From a virus (taxonomy: Duplodnaviria > Caudoviricetes): a stretch of 27,543 nucleotides of DNA. Positions within the stretch are counted from its first letter, which is position 1. Each line of letters begins with the position of its first letter. The translations under genes were made by a program, and so were the position numbers. Under the pieces are notes generated by a model. The model did no database searches. It had not been told where the DNA came from and saw only the letters and a list, made by a program, of their open reading frames with translations. Positions 7,163 to 15,605 of this stretch are shown piece by piece. The stretch is taken from IMG/VR virus record IMGVR_UViG_3300035184_000389, positions 1 through 27,543 of that record; one strand, written 5' to 3'.

Positions 7163-9982
7163 TTATGAGTTTAATTCTGATTCAAACCATGTCCAAATTG
7201 TCTTGGTTCCTGATGAGTCAGGAGTAGTAGTTGTTGTAGTTGTAACTTCATTAAATTTCGTAAGACCATCACTTATTCTGCACTGTGGTCTACTTCCTGA
7301 GTCTATAGCTAAACCTGGATTAGGTTGCTCAAGAACAACAGACCAAATTGATGTCTCAGTGTCGCATCTATACCAGACTCCTGTAAACACATCAGATGTA
7401 TATATATAATTTCCAATCATTGTTAAATCTCCACTAGTAAGATATGACCCACTACTAAGCAGGGGAGTATTGATATATCCATCTAATGTTCCTGCATTAT
7501 AGTCGTATTGATATATTCTACGACCAGTTCCATTAAATTGATGATACAATACTTTATTTGGAGTTACTCCATCTAGTTTGTATGTAATTAAACAATCTCC
7601 CTGAGCATTGCTTTCAACTATAATTTTTTGAGTAACTGATAAGACGGTAGAACCTTCAATAATTTCTACTTCTAAAACTCTATTAAACCCATAAAGATAT
7701 ACAAGTTTAGTATCACTAATTGACTCTCCAGAAATTTTAAGTCCTGTTGACCACTCAGAAGGCCATGTATATAATATACCCTCCCACTGAATATTTTCAG
7801 GAACACCTGTTGAACTTAAATCATATGTGTATCTTGTAAATGCATACTCAGTGTTAGCTAGAGTTATAGTAATATAGTTTTCACTAATAGAAACTCCTTG
7901 GCACTCAAAGTTAGTTCCTGCAGGGAATATAAGTTGTTCTGTAATTCCTGTAATAGGACTGTATGCAAACACATCAGAGTAATAGGGTTCACCAGGATAA
8001 CATGCTCCTGGAGTGTTAGCGCAATCCTGTCTAATAGTAGCATAAATTAGGTTACAATCTAGAGGAGCTGTGCTACAACCTAACCAAACAGGTCCACCTG
8101 CACCTCCATTTGTACCACTTAAAGTGAAAGTAGTAAAAGGTTGAGTAGATTGCATATTAATTACTGCACTACCTGCACCTTGTATTACTCCTTCAAAAGG
8201 TCTAATTTCATTAGAGTTGATTATCTCAACATTACAACCTTGTACAATTGTTAGACTTGGTGTGCCCTGGTTTACTTCAAATCTAAAGCGATCAGCATTA
8301 GTATTATTAGAAGAGTCCATTACATCAAACTTAAAAGTAAGATTAGTAATAGGATTTTCAAATTCAAGCGTGTAATCAAATGCTGGATTATCTAAATTAA
8401 CACTGCCATTTCTTCCAAATGTAACAGTACGTGTGAGTAGATCACCTGGAATAGTCTCTCCAGTAAATGTAATACCACAATCATTTATATAGTCAGTTGC
8501 CTGTTGATTATAACCTGCATCATTATAACCTGCAATTCCTTGCCATGTTTGACTAGATGCGGTTACTGTTTGTCCTTCAAATTGGAATGTTTGAGGACCT
8601 AAGTAAGATAAAGGAGCTTGTCCAGGTGCTCCTAGTCCATCTATTGTTAATTGAGGAAGGTTTGTTGGTGTACAACTACCAAACCCTTCAGGAAGAATTA
8701 CATTAGCACAACCATTTGCAGATGATAACCAAACATTTTCATCAATTACAGTTGTTGCTATTGTAGCTGCATGAGGTAATGATTGATCTATAGTATATAC
8801 AACTAAAGTTTCTGGTTGTAGAACTTGTAATAAGTTATCTGTTCCCCAGGTAGGCATTGCTTTAACTGCTACGTATGATGCAAATTCAGGAACTCCACTA
8901 TCTTGTAAGTTTATTAATGTAGATAAATTAGAATTTAATGACCAATCATATTGATTATCAAAACTTGAATTAGCAGGAGGTATACCTTTCATTTGTTTTA
9001 TAAAGTTACCAACAAATTCAGTTTCGTTATACTCAGGTTTTATATCAAGTCTCAAGTTTAACATAACATCTCCACTATTGGCCATCCACATTGATGTAAT
9101 CTCTGACAGATATCTAGCAGTACTTGGAGCACTTTGATTCCCATATGTTAATGAAATTGAGCTAAAACTACGTGCAGCTTGTTGTGGTGAACCTGGAGGT
9201 AGGTATGTAGTTGGTCTAAGAGTTAGTACTGGTGCATCAACAGCAGGCAGTTCCCAAGTTACAACTGACATTCTATTATGTTCAGGAAGAGGTTCACTCC
9301 ACGCTGCTATTAAAATATTATTAGTAACTGCTATAGCAGAAATAACTCTACCTGTAGTCTCTGAATAAGTTATCAAACCTGGTTGAATTCTAAACTCTCT
9401 TATATAGTTTAATGTAGGAACTGCTCCAGGCGCACTTACATCTATATTCCACTCTCTAACATATTGGTAACTGTCGGTGCTAACTTTTTCACTAAGTAAA
9501 TATAATTTACTTGATGTAGAACATATAGGTCTATTAATACCTATTGTACTTTCAAAATCATTAGGAACTAGAACTTCAGTAGATGTGTTTGTATCAAAAC
9601 TATATACTGCAACTGATCCTGGGTTACCACCATTAGTAGACCATAAACATAATCCTGCTGGTGGTGGTGTAGTGCTGGTTGTAGTTGTTGGTGGAGTAGA
9701 TGTAGTAGTTGTAGTTGTGATATTACAAAGTATCTCTCCAGCAAAATCACAATTTGGTGTAGCACAAGTGTAAATATCTGTTTCAGTATTTAAACAAAGA
9801 CCACTTAAGTCATCCAATCTAACAACAGTAGTTCCTGCAGGTGCATCAACCTGAAATCCAGCTAACAAAGCTGCTTTAGATATACCTTGTGCAAACGGTG
9901 TAGCAAAATTAGTTGCGTCAGAATATAGGTCAAAAGGACCTGTCTCATTGCCTGCAAAACTTAATGTTATTATTATTGTCAT
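7163..9982 (-). CDS. large modular fibre/adhesin-like protein with N-terminal 'GPF-YSD-PF' module
   Basis: 939 aa; TGPFDLYSDATNFATPFA module, Thr/Pro linker, beta-rich propeller-like regions, then a terminal Thr tract and a short tail. Confidence 0.7.
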   Translation of the reverse strand: MTIIITLSFAGNETGPFDLYSDATNFATPFAQGISKAALLAGFQVDAPAGTTVVRLDDLSGLCLNTETDIYTCATPNCDFAGEILCNITTTTTTSTPPTTTTSTTPPPAGLCLWSTNGGNPGSVAVYSFDTNTSTEVLVPNDFESTIGINRPICSTSSKLYLLSEKVSTDSYQYVREWNIDVSAPGAVPTLNYIREFRIQPGLITYSETTGRVISAIAVTNNILIAAWSEPLPEHNRMSVVTWELPAVDAPVLTLRPTTYLPPGSPQQAARSFSSISLTYGNQSAPSTARYLSEITSMWMANSGDVMLNLRLDIKPEYNETEFVGNFIKQMKGIPPANSSFDNQYDWSLNSNLSTLINLQDSGVPEFASYVAVKAMPTWGTDNLLQVLQPETLVVYTIDQSLPHAATIATTVIDENVWLSSANGCANVILPEGFGSCTPTNLPQLTIDGLGAPGQAPLSYLGPQTFQFEGQTVTASSQTWQGIAGYNDAGYNQQATDYINDCGITFTGETIPGDLLTRTVTFGRNGSVNLDNPAFDYTLEFENPITNLTFKFDVMDSSNNTNADRFRFEVNQGTPSLTIVQGCNVEIINSNEIRPFEGVIQGAGSAVINMQSTQPFTTFTLSGTNGGAGGPVWLGCSTAPLDCNLIYATIRQDCANTPGACYPGEPYYSDVFAYSPITGITEQLIFPAGTNFECQGVSISENYITITLANTEYAFTRYTYDLSSTGVPENIQWEGILYTWPSEWSTGLKISGESISDTKLVYLYGFNRVLEVEIIEGSTVLSVTQKIIVESNAQGDCLITYKLDGVTPNKVLYHQFNGTGRRIYQYDYNAGTLDGYINTPLLSSGSYLTSGDLTMIGNYIYTSDVFTGVWYRCDTETSIWSVVLEQPNPGLAIDSGSRPQCRISDGLTKFNEVTTTTTTTPDSSGTKTIWTWFESELNS

Positions 9983-10006
9983 CTCTATCTATAATTTTTG
10001 ATTTTA

Positions 10007-12892
10007 CTAAACTCCATATCCAAAGGCTATTAATGCATTTCTTATTTCATCATACCAGTATTGTTGTGGGTTAGCAGGACTATTATCTAGATCCGCTGAC
10101 CATGCAAATCTTGCAGGACTTGCGCTTGGGAAGTCTTGTACATTATCTACAGGACCGTATGCACTAGCAGGTTTGCTAGCAGGTTGTCCAGGTTGTCCTG
10201 CATTATAACTTGTAAGAACATCTGCACCATTAATTCCTGCATTAAGAAGTCCAGTAGGTGAAACTAAAGGTTTTATTGTTGAGTTTGTATATACTGAACT
10301 AGCTTTTGGATGGAAAAACTTAGCTCTATATATATTAGTGTTTCCTGCTGCAGTTTCTATATCATCAACAAAATCTCTTAAATTTCCTATGTCCTCTTTT
10401 ATTCTTGCATTTGTTTGAATGTCTCTAGTTCCCCATGCACTTCCTGTACTAAACTGACCATCCATATTATATCCTGTACCTGATTCATCACCAAAAGCCA
10501 GAATTGCTAAACTATCTGCATCAGGAAAATATCCTGCTGCACCTATAGTGCCTCCTAAGCCTCTATTTGAAAGCATTGAAATTTGTCTTTCGTCACCACT
10601 ATGACACCAGTATACACGAGCTTCAAACTCATCACTACCGTTAGTAGCTATGTCTGTATTTCCACTTGCTTCAGTTCCTCCTGTTGCATAGAAATCTTGA
10701 AGTAAGTTTCTTAAATTAGATGTGTTTATATAATCAGCAGATTTCTGAGCATCTGTTAGATTAAAAGTTATAACACCTGTGGTATTGGCAACTATATCTG
10801 CAGTTAATGCAACAGGGTTTCCACCACTATCCAGAAGATTAAATTGAGGTTGACCTTGTGCTGATAGACCAGCATATTCAACAAAAGTTCCTGCAGGTAT
10901 TGCAGGGTGTATAGCTTCCATACCATTTACAACACATAGATATGAAGCATTTGTTGTTTCTCCACCTGCATATGATTCAGTAACTTTACCATAGATATTT
11001 GTACCACCTGATAAGTTTATAAATGTTGATCCTAACAGTTGAGTTCCAGATCCCTGACTTTTTACACCTGTAACACTAGCTATCTGTGCTGTCACTCCTA
11101 TTGTATTATTCATAGAACCTGAAACATCACTCCAGAAAGTAAAGTATGAGTTCCCTGTAACTGGTATATCTGGATCAGGAGTAGGACAATTTCCAGAAGC
11201 AGTAAGTATAATATAATCTGTTGCTCCATCAAAGGTTTGAAATAATGCTGAACTGTCAACACCTGCATCATCTATTATTGAAAATTGAAAAACATACACA
11301 AAAGATAAGAAACCACCTCCATTTGTTTGAAATTTACCGTGAGGAATATTTATGGTTCCAGTTCCACCAGTATTAAATTTATAAACTCTTGAATAGTTTA
11401 CTCCTCCTATATTAAATACTACATTATAGTTAATTTCTGGAATTTGAATCCATTTTGTATAACCTGTAGTATTAGTAGTTGGACCTGTGAAACCAACCTC
11501 CAATTGGATACCGAGAGACTCAAATCCTGGATCAATACCTGCGTACGGTGGAGTTGAGCGATAAGTTACGTTTTCTATAGGAAGATTCGACCAATCATAT
11601 TGTAAACATCCAACTATATCACCAGATGATGTTGTAGTAGTTGTAGTCTGAGGAGTACCTAAAGAGTTAACGTTACATTGTAATGAAGAATGGAATGGTT
11701 GTATTACATAATCAAGTCCATTGTCCCATACTAAAGTTAATGCATATGTAGTTAAATTAACTTCATACACTTTATCTTCTGCAACAAATGAACCTCCTCC
11801 TTCTTCTGATAAGTATAATTTACCCCCATCTTGGAATAAATTTACTTGAGCAGTTGGATCTATCTCTGATAACACTTGACTAACTTCTAGTGCACCATCT
11901 GGATATGAGTATTGTTTTAGTATAGAATCTCCAGTAGAAGATCCATTTGAATTAATTACAGTTATTATTTTATTATCTAATGTGTACATTAAACATTTAG
12001 AAAATAAATCAAATGGAAATACTAAAGCAACATCATTAGACTCTACAATATCATCAGTTATATTTAAGGAAACTAAATCAGCAGTTTGTGAACTGAATGA
12101 TACAGTCGTTAGTAAAAAATTATTTGCTACTGGAGCTAAATGTACCCAGCGAGTAGATTGAGTTGGTCCAGTACCTCCAAGTGCATCATCTTTAAATACT
12201 ATAGTTCTATTTCTAGTAAGTACATTTTCTGTAGCTGAAGGAATCCACTCTACAATTTCTGTATACATGTTACCTTTCCACAACCTTGTGTTAGTGTGGG
12301 CATTTGCAAAGAAATCTCCATACTCATTATTGTTAAGTATAACTGCAGTGGTAGTATTATTACTCACATTGTATATAAAATCTTGACTAGCATTAGAATA
12401 CATAACACAACTTAAATCAAAGGTGGATACTAATTCAAAACATCCATCCACTCTACAATCTGGGAAGATTGAAGTTGTAGTAGTTGTAGTACTAGATGTA
12501 CTTGTACTTGTAGTTGTACTTGTACTTGTACTTGATGTACTTGTTGTTGTTGTACTTGGGTTTGGTATTACAGTTACAGAACATGTAGTAATTTCACACA
12601 CTGTAGGTGTATTACATCTACTAACACAACCAGATGTTAATCTAATTACTTTACCAGCAATATCATTAACACAAACTGATCCTGCATAATTAGGATTACA
12701 ATACTTAAATGTTAATATACGTTTATACGCTATCAACTGAGTAATCGTGTAAGCAGGTACATCACGACCTAACATAAATACAACATTGTTATACATGTTA
12801 TTGCCAAGCTCTGCAAGCTTACAATCTATACTCTTAAGTAAATCAGGAATCTTGTGACAATCCTGACAATTTGTTAATCTAGGTGTTAACAT
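10007..12892 (-). CDS. large modular virion protein (Cys-rich anchor, Thr linkers, propeller-like and vWA-like domains)
   Basis: 961 aa; CxxC-containing helical N-terminus, long Thr/Ser linker, FWSDVSGSM (DxSxS) and LAFGDE motifs. Confidence 0.7.
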   Translation of the reverse strand: MLTPRLTNCQDCHKIPDLLKSIDCKLAELGNNMYNNVVFMLGRDVPAYTITQLIAYKRILTFKYCNPNYAGSVCVNDIAGKVIRLTSGCVSRCNTPTVCEITTCSVTVIPNPSTTTTSTSSTSTSTTTSTSTSSTTTTTTSIFPDCRVDGCFELVSTFDLSCVMYSNASQDFIYNVSNNTTTAVILNNNEYGDFFANAHTNTRLWKGNMYTEIVEWIPSATENVLTRNRTIVFKDDALGGTGPTQSTRWVHLAPVANNFLLTTVSFSSQTADLVSLNITDDIVESNDVALVFPFDLFSKCLMYTLDNKIITVINSNGSSTGDSILKQYSYPDGALEVSQVLSEIDPTAQVNLFQDGGKLYLSEEGGGSFVAEDKVYEVNLTTYALTLVWDNGLDYVIQPFHSSLQCNVNSLGTPQTTTTTTSSGDIVGCLQYDWSNLPIENVTYRSTPPYAGIDPGFESLGIQLEVGFTGPTTNTTGYTKWIQIPEINYNVVFNIGGVNYSRVYKFNTGGTGTINIPHGKFQTNGGGFLSFVYVFQFSIIDDAGVDSSALFQTFDGATDYIILTASGNCPTPDPDIPVTGNSYFTFWSDVSGSMNNTIGVTAQIASVTGVKSQGSGTQLLGSTFINLSGGTNIYGKVTESYAGGETTNASYLCVVNGMEAIHPAIPAGTFVEYAGLSAQGQPQFNLLDSGGNPVALTADIVANTTGVITFNLTDAQKSADYINTSNLRNLLQDFYATGGTEASGNTDIATNGSDEFEARVYWCHSGDERQISMLSNRGLGGTIGAAGYFPDADSLAILAFGDESGTGYNMDGQFSTGSAWGTRDIQTNARIKEDIGNLRDFVDDIETAAGNTNIYRAKFFHPKASSVYTNSTIKPLVSPTGLLNAGINGADVLTSYNAGQPGQPASKPASAYGPVDNVQDFPSASPARFAWSADLDNSPANPQQYWYDEIRNALIAFGYGV

Positions 12893-12907
12893 AATAATTG
12901 GTGGTGT

Positions 12908-13009
12908 TTATTTTCCTTTATTTGAATTACCATTACAGTGAGCGCACATACCGTTTGTTAACTGGCACCCACATCCCACTTTTGAACCACAATTTGCACA
13001 CTGAGCCAT
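12908..13009 (-). CDS. 33-aa six-cysteine micro-protein (putative metal-binding)
   Basis: Not in the ORF track. MAQCANCGSKVGCGCQLTNGMCAHCNGNSNKGK*; it starts 1 nt after the upstream stop (13011) and ends 15 nt before the next ATG, filling the gap. Confidence 0.75.
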   Translation of the reverse strand: MAQCANCGSKVGCGCQLTNGMCAHCNGNSNKGK

Positions 13010-13010
13010 A

Positions 13011-13577
13011 TTATCTAAAGTTTAATACGTAATTGTTTCCTGAACAACCACAGTTGGATTTTGAAAATGTATCAAGCATATTATCTGCTTGTTTATATAA
13101 CTTAAGAGCTTCTACCTCTGCACAATTATTAGCTGCAGCAAGAGCTCCTTGTATAAAAAAGTTTATTGTATTCAAGTTTATACTAGCTTGAGTTTTAAGT
13201 GCCATATCACACTCCATCATATCAAGCTGCAAAAACGCATTGTCAAACTTCTCTTGTAGTCTGTCAATACGCATTATAGTCTTCTCCACAAAATTTAAGT
13301 ATGCTGGAGCAACTGAATATTTTAGATGGTATATACCATCAGGTAATTTTTGTTGGCACCCTGCTTCAGTTATTCCTAAAGTGTCAGAGCCAAATATATT
13401 TGTATCTAGTGGTACAAAAGGTAGAATCTTTTTACCAAAGTTTGGTACCTCTATCTCAATAGTAGGTGCTGATATCAGAGGTGGGCTATCTGGATAGATA
13501 GACGCATCTGTAATAGCAAGTATATTGACACTATAACTAGGAGGAACTATTATATCTAATTGTAGATTAGCTGCCAT
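13011..13577 (-). CDS. putative virion structural protein
   Basis: 188 aa; beta-rich N-terminal half (LPDGIY motif) and helical Cys-containing C-terminal half, in a structural-operon context. Confidence 0.55.
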   Translation of the reverse strand: MAANLQLDIIVPPSYSVNILAITDASIYPDSPPLISAPTIEIEVPNFGKKILPFVPLDTNIFGSDTLGITEAGCQQKLPDGIYHLKYSVAPAYLNFVEKTIMRIDRLQEKFDNAFLQLDMMECDMALKTQASINLNTINFFIQGALAAANNCAEVEALKLYKQADNMLDTFSKSNCGCSGNNYVLNFR

Positions 13578-13588
13578 ATTATTATTTT

Positions 13589-13634
13589 AAAAAAAATGCC
13601 AGAGGATATGAGATAATCCTCTCACCTCTGGCAT
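13589..13634 (-). terminator. Rho-independent terminator after the capsid gene block
   Basis: Minus strand ATGCCAGAGG...CCTCTGGCAT (10-bp stem plus inner TGAGA/TCTCA pairing) followed by a T-run. Confidence 0.85.
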
Positions 13635-13673
13635 AGGTTTGTTATTGTTTATTTTGCCTACAGCTCTTAATGC

Positions 13674-14810
13674 TTATGAAGAAGCAGTAGTAGTTGTAGT
13701 AGTTGTAATACAAGTGTTGTTAGAAACAACAGCTCCTAAAGCAGCTACTAGTATTGGCTCTACAAGAGCAGCAATACCACTAGTGGTAGCATTAGGTACA
13801 GCAAGAATTACAGTGCTATCTTGGTGAATATAGTCACCCCACTGATAAGCAGATTTATCTAATTCATTGAATCGGATATAGTAGCTATCGTAGATAGTTC
13901 CAGCAGTTACATAAGACTCAAAGTTCTCATTGTATCCACCCATTCTGTATAGAGATTTTAAATATCCAGCTTGGTAGCTATAGAAGTTTTTCTCTAATTG
14001 TTTAAATTCATCAGCAGTTCCTGATGGATAGTTTGAAGTTTGTGTTACTGTAGCTTTTGCAACAATATTACAAGCATCAGCAACAATAAAATCAGCAGTT
14101 GTAGCAGGTCCATCGTATACAAAAGTACTAAAGTACATTCTGTCATATTCCCATGGGAAAGCAGCAACATCACAAGGCTGTCCATACTTAGTTAATGGCT
14201 TACCTTGTATTCTAAGGATAGTTCCACCAACATTTTCAAAAGTAAAGAAGCTTTTAAAAGATACGTTATCTGGATTATCTCCAGGAGCGCTTTGATTTAA
14301 TTTAACAATGATTGAGTTAATTAATGCATTTACATCTACATCAGTACATACATCACCACCACATTCACAACATGGAGCGTTTACAGTTACTGAACGAGTA
14401 AATCCATTGAAGTAAAGAGTGTCAATGTAAGATGAGTGAGCACGTAATGTTAAAGTTAAGATTTCACCACATTGTACTTTGAAGTCAGTTACATCAGTAA
14501 TTTGATTTGATACATCAGAACATCCTGTTACTTTGTACCATTCTGTTACATTTGAATTGCAGGCTGCTCCAGCTGTTGGGCATCCTTTAATTTTGTCAGA
14601 CCTCTTTGATCCTTGAAGATAGGTGTTTTCTCTACCTTGTGCTACATAGAAGTAAGGAGACGCTGCAATGTTTGCAGCAGTTGCAAGAGCGTAATCACTC
14701 TTGAAAAATCCTACAGTACCTGCAGTAAGATCTTGAGTTGAACCAGAACTAGGGAGTGCGGTTTGCCCCACTGGCACCACGAATAACGTGGTTAATGAAA
14801 AATCAGACAT
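13674..14810 (-). CDS. abundant virion protein, possible auxiliary capsid protein
   Basis: 378 aa and the last gene before the terminator in the MCP transcript; contains PCCECGGDVC and ends in a poly-Thr tail. The assignment rests on position in the crAss-like gene order. Confidence 0.5.
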   Translation of the reverse strand: MSDFSLTTLFVVPVGQTALPSSGSTQDLTAGTVGFFKSDYALATAANIAASPYFYVAQGRENTYLQGSKRSDKIKGCPTAGAACNSNVTEWYKVTGCSDVSNQITDVTDFKVQCGEILTLTLRAHSSYIDTLYFNGFTRSVTVNAPCCECGGDVCTDVDVNALINSIIVKLNQSAPGDNPDNVSFKSFFTFENVGGTILRIQGKPLTKYGQPCDVAAFPWEYDRMYFSTFVYDGPATTADFIVADACNIVAKATVTQTSNYPSGTADEFKQLEKNFYSYQAGYLKSLYRMGGYNENFESYVTAGTIYDSYYIRFNELDKSAYQWGDYIHQDSTVILAVPNATTSGIAALVEPILVAALGAVVSNNTCITTTTTTTASS

Positions 14811-14845
14811 ATTTTATGATTTAAAGTTAATATTAATTATTATTA

Positions 14846-15577
14846 TTATTCATTTGTTTGTATTCTAAACTGTGCGCTTTGTACAGCTGCACTGTTTTCT
14901 GTGTACATTGCAAGATTTTGAACAGTTAAATCTAGAAGTTCATCTTCTAAATATAGTTCAAGCTCACAGTTTTGATTAGTCGATGGTGTACCATCCATCA
15001 TGACATAACCTACCTTGTTAATATAGACAGGATATCTCATATACATTATGTAAATATCATTGGGAGTAAATGTACCATCAGTATATATACTCATGGAGTT
15101 AGAAGATATAGCGTTTAAAGTTTCCTGATACTCAAAGCTTGGCTTGTAGTGATCATTATTAAGTAACACAGATAAATCTCCGTGCTTACTTAAGTCTTGG
15201 TTAATCCATATCTTACGATCTTTACACCTACCTTTATTTGCTAAAACATAACTGTCTACATAAAACATATATTTAGGTTTTAGTACAGTTAGGTCAGCAT
15301 CCCATTGATGTAATTCTTTGTTAGTTTCCACTAACGGTAATGGTTGATTAATAAAATCTATAACTAAATTTTGTAAATCTTCATACCTTTTTTTAAAAGC
15401 ATCATAACCTAATCGGTTAGCGACACTAAAACCATCAACTTTTTGTTTTATCAACTTAATCTGAGCTTCATTCAAAGCTAAGATTTTGTCTTCTAATTGA
15501 ATTTGTTGATGCTCGTTAGTTGATAGTTTATTTAGTTTTTGGTCTATTTTGTATAATAAACTATCTACTGGTATCAT
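14846..15577 (-). CDS. putative ring/adaptor (head-tail connector) protein
   Basis: 243 aa; N-terminal helices with LNEAQ, a YMRYP motif and a C-terminal 'CEL...L.DELL' segment resemble crAss-like ring proteins. Confidence 0.55.
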   Translation of the reverse strand: MIPVDSLLYKIDQKLNKLSTNEHQQIQLEDKILALNEAQIKLIKQKVDGFSVANRLGYDAFKKRYEDLQNLVIDFINQPLPLVETNKELHQWDADLTVLKPKYMFYVDSYVLANKGRCKDRKIWINQDLSKHGDLSVLLNNDHYKPSFEYQETLNAISSNSMSIYTDGTFTPNDIYIMYMRYPVYINKVGYVMMDGTPSTNQNCELELYLEDELLDLTVQNLAMYTENSAAVQSAQFRIQTNE

Positions 15578-15605
15578 ATATTATTATGTTTATAAAACTA
15601 GCCTC

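Noticed and set aside
3635-9765. Alternative-frame minus-strand ORFs 3635-3817 and 9568-9765 (Leu/Gln/His rich)
   Set aside because: They are out-of-frame readings of the Thr tracts, with no independent evidence or clear frameshift signal.
12470-12555. Tandem GTACTT/GTAGTT repeats as a possible CRISPR array or DGR repeat
   Set aside because: These are in-frame Thr/Ser codon repeats with no spacers; no cas gene, reverse transcriptase or TR/VR pair is present in the window.
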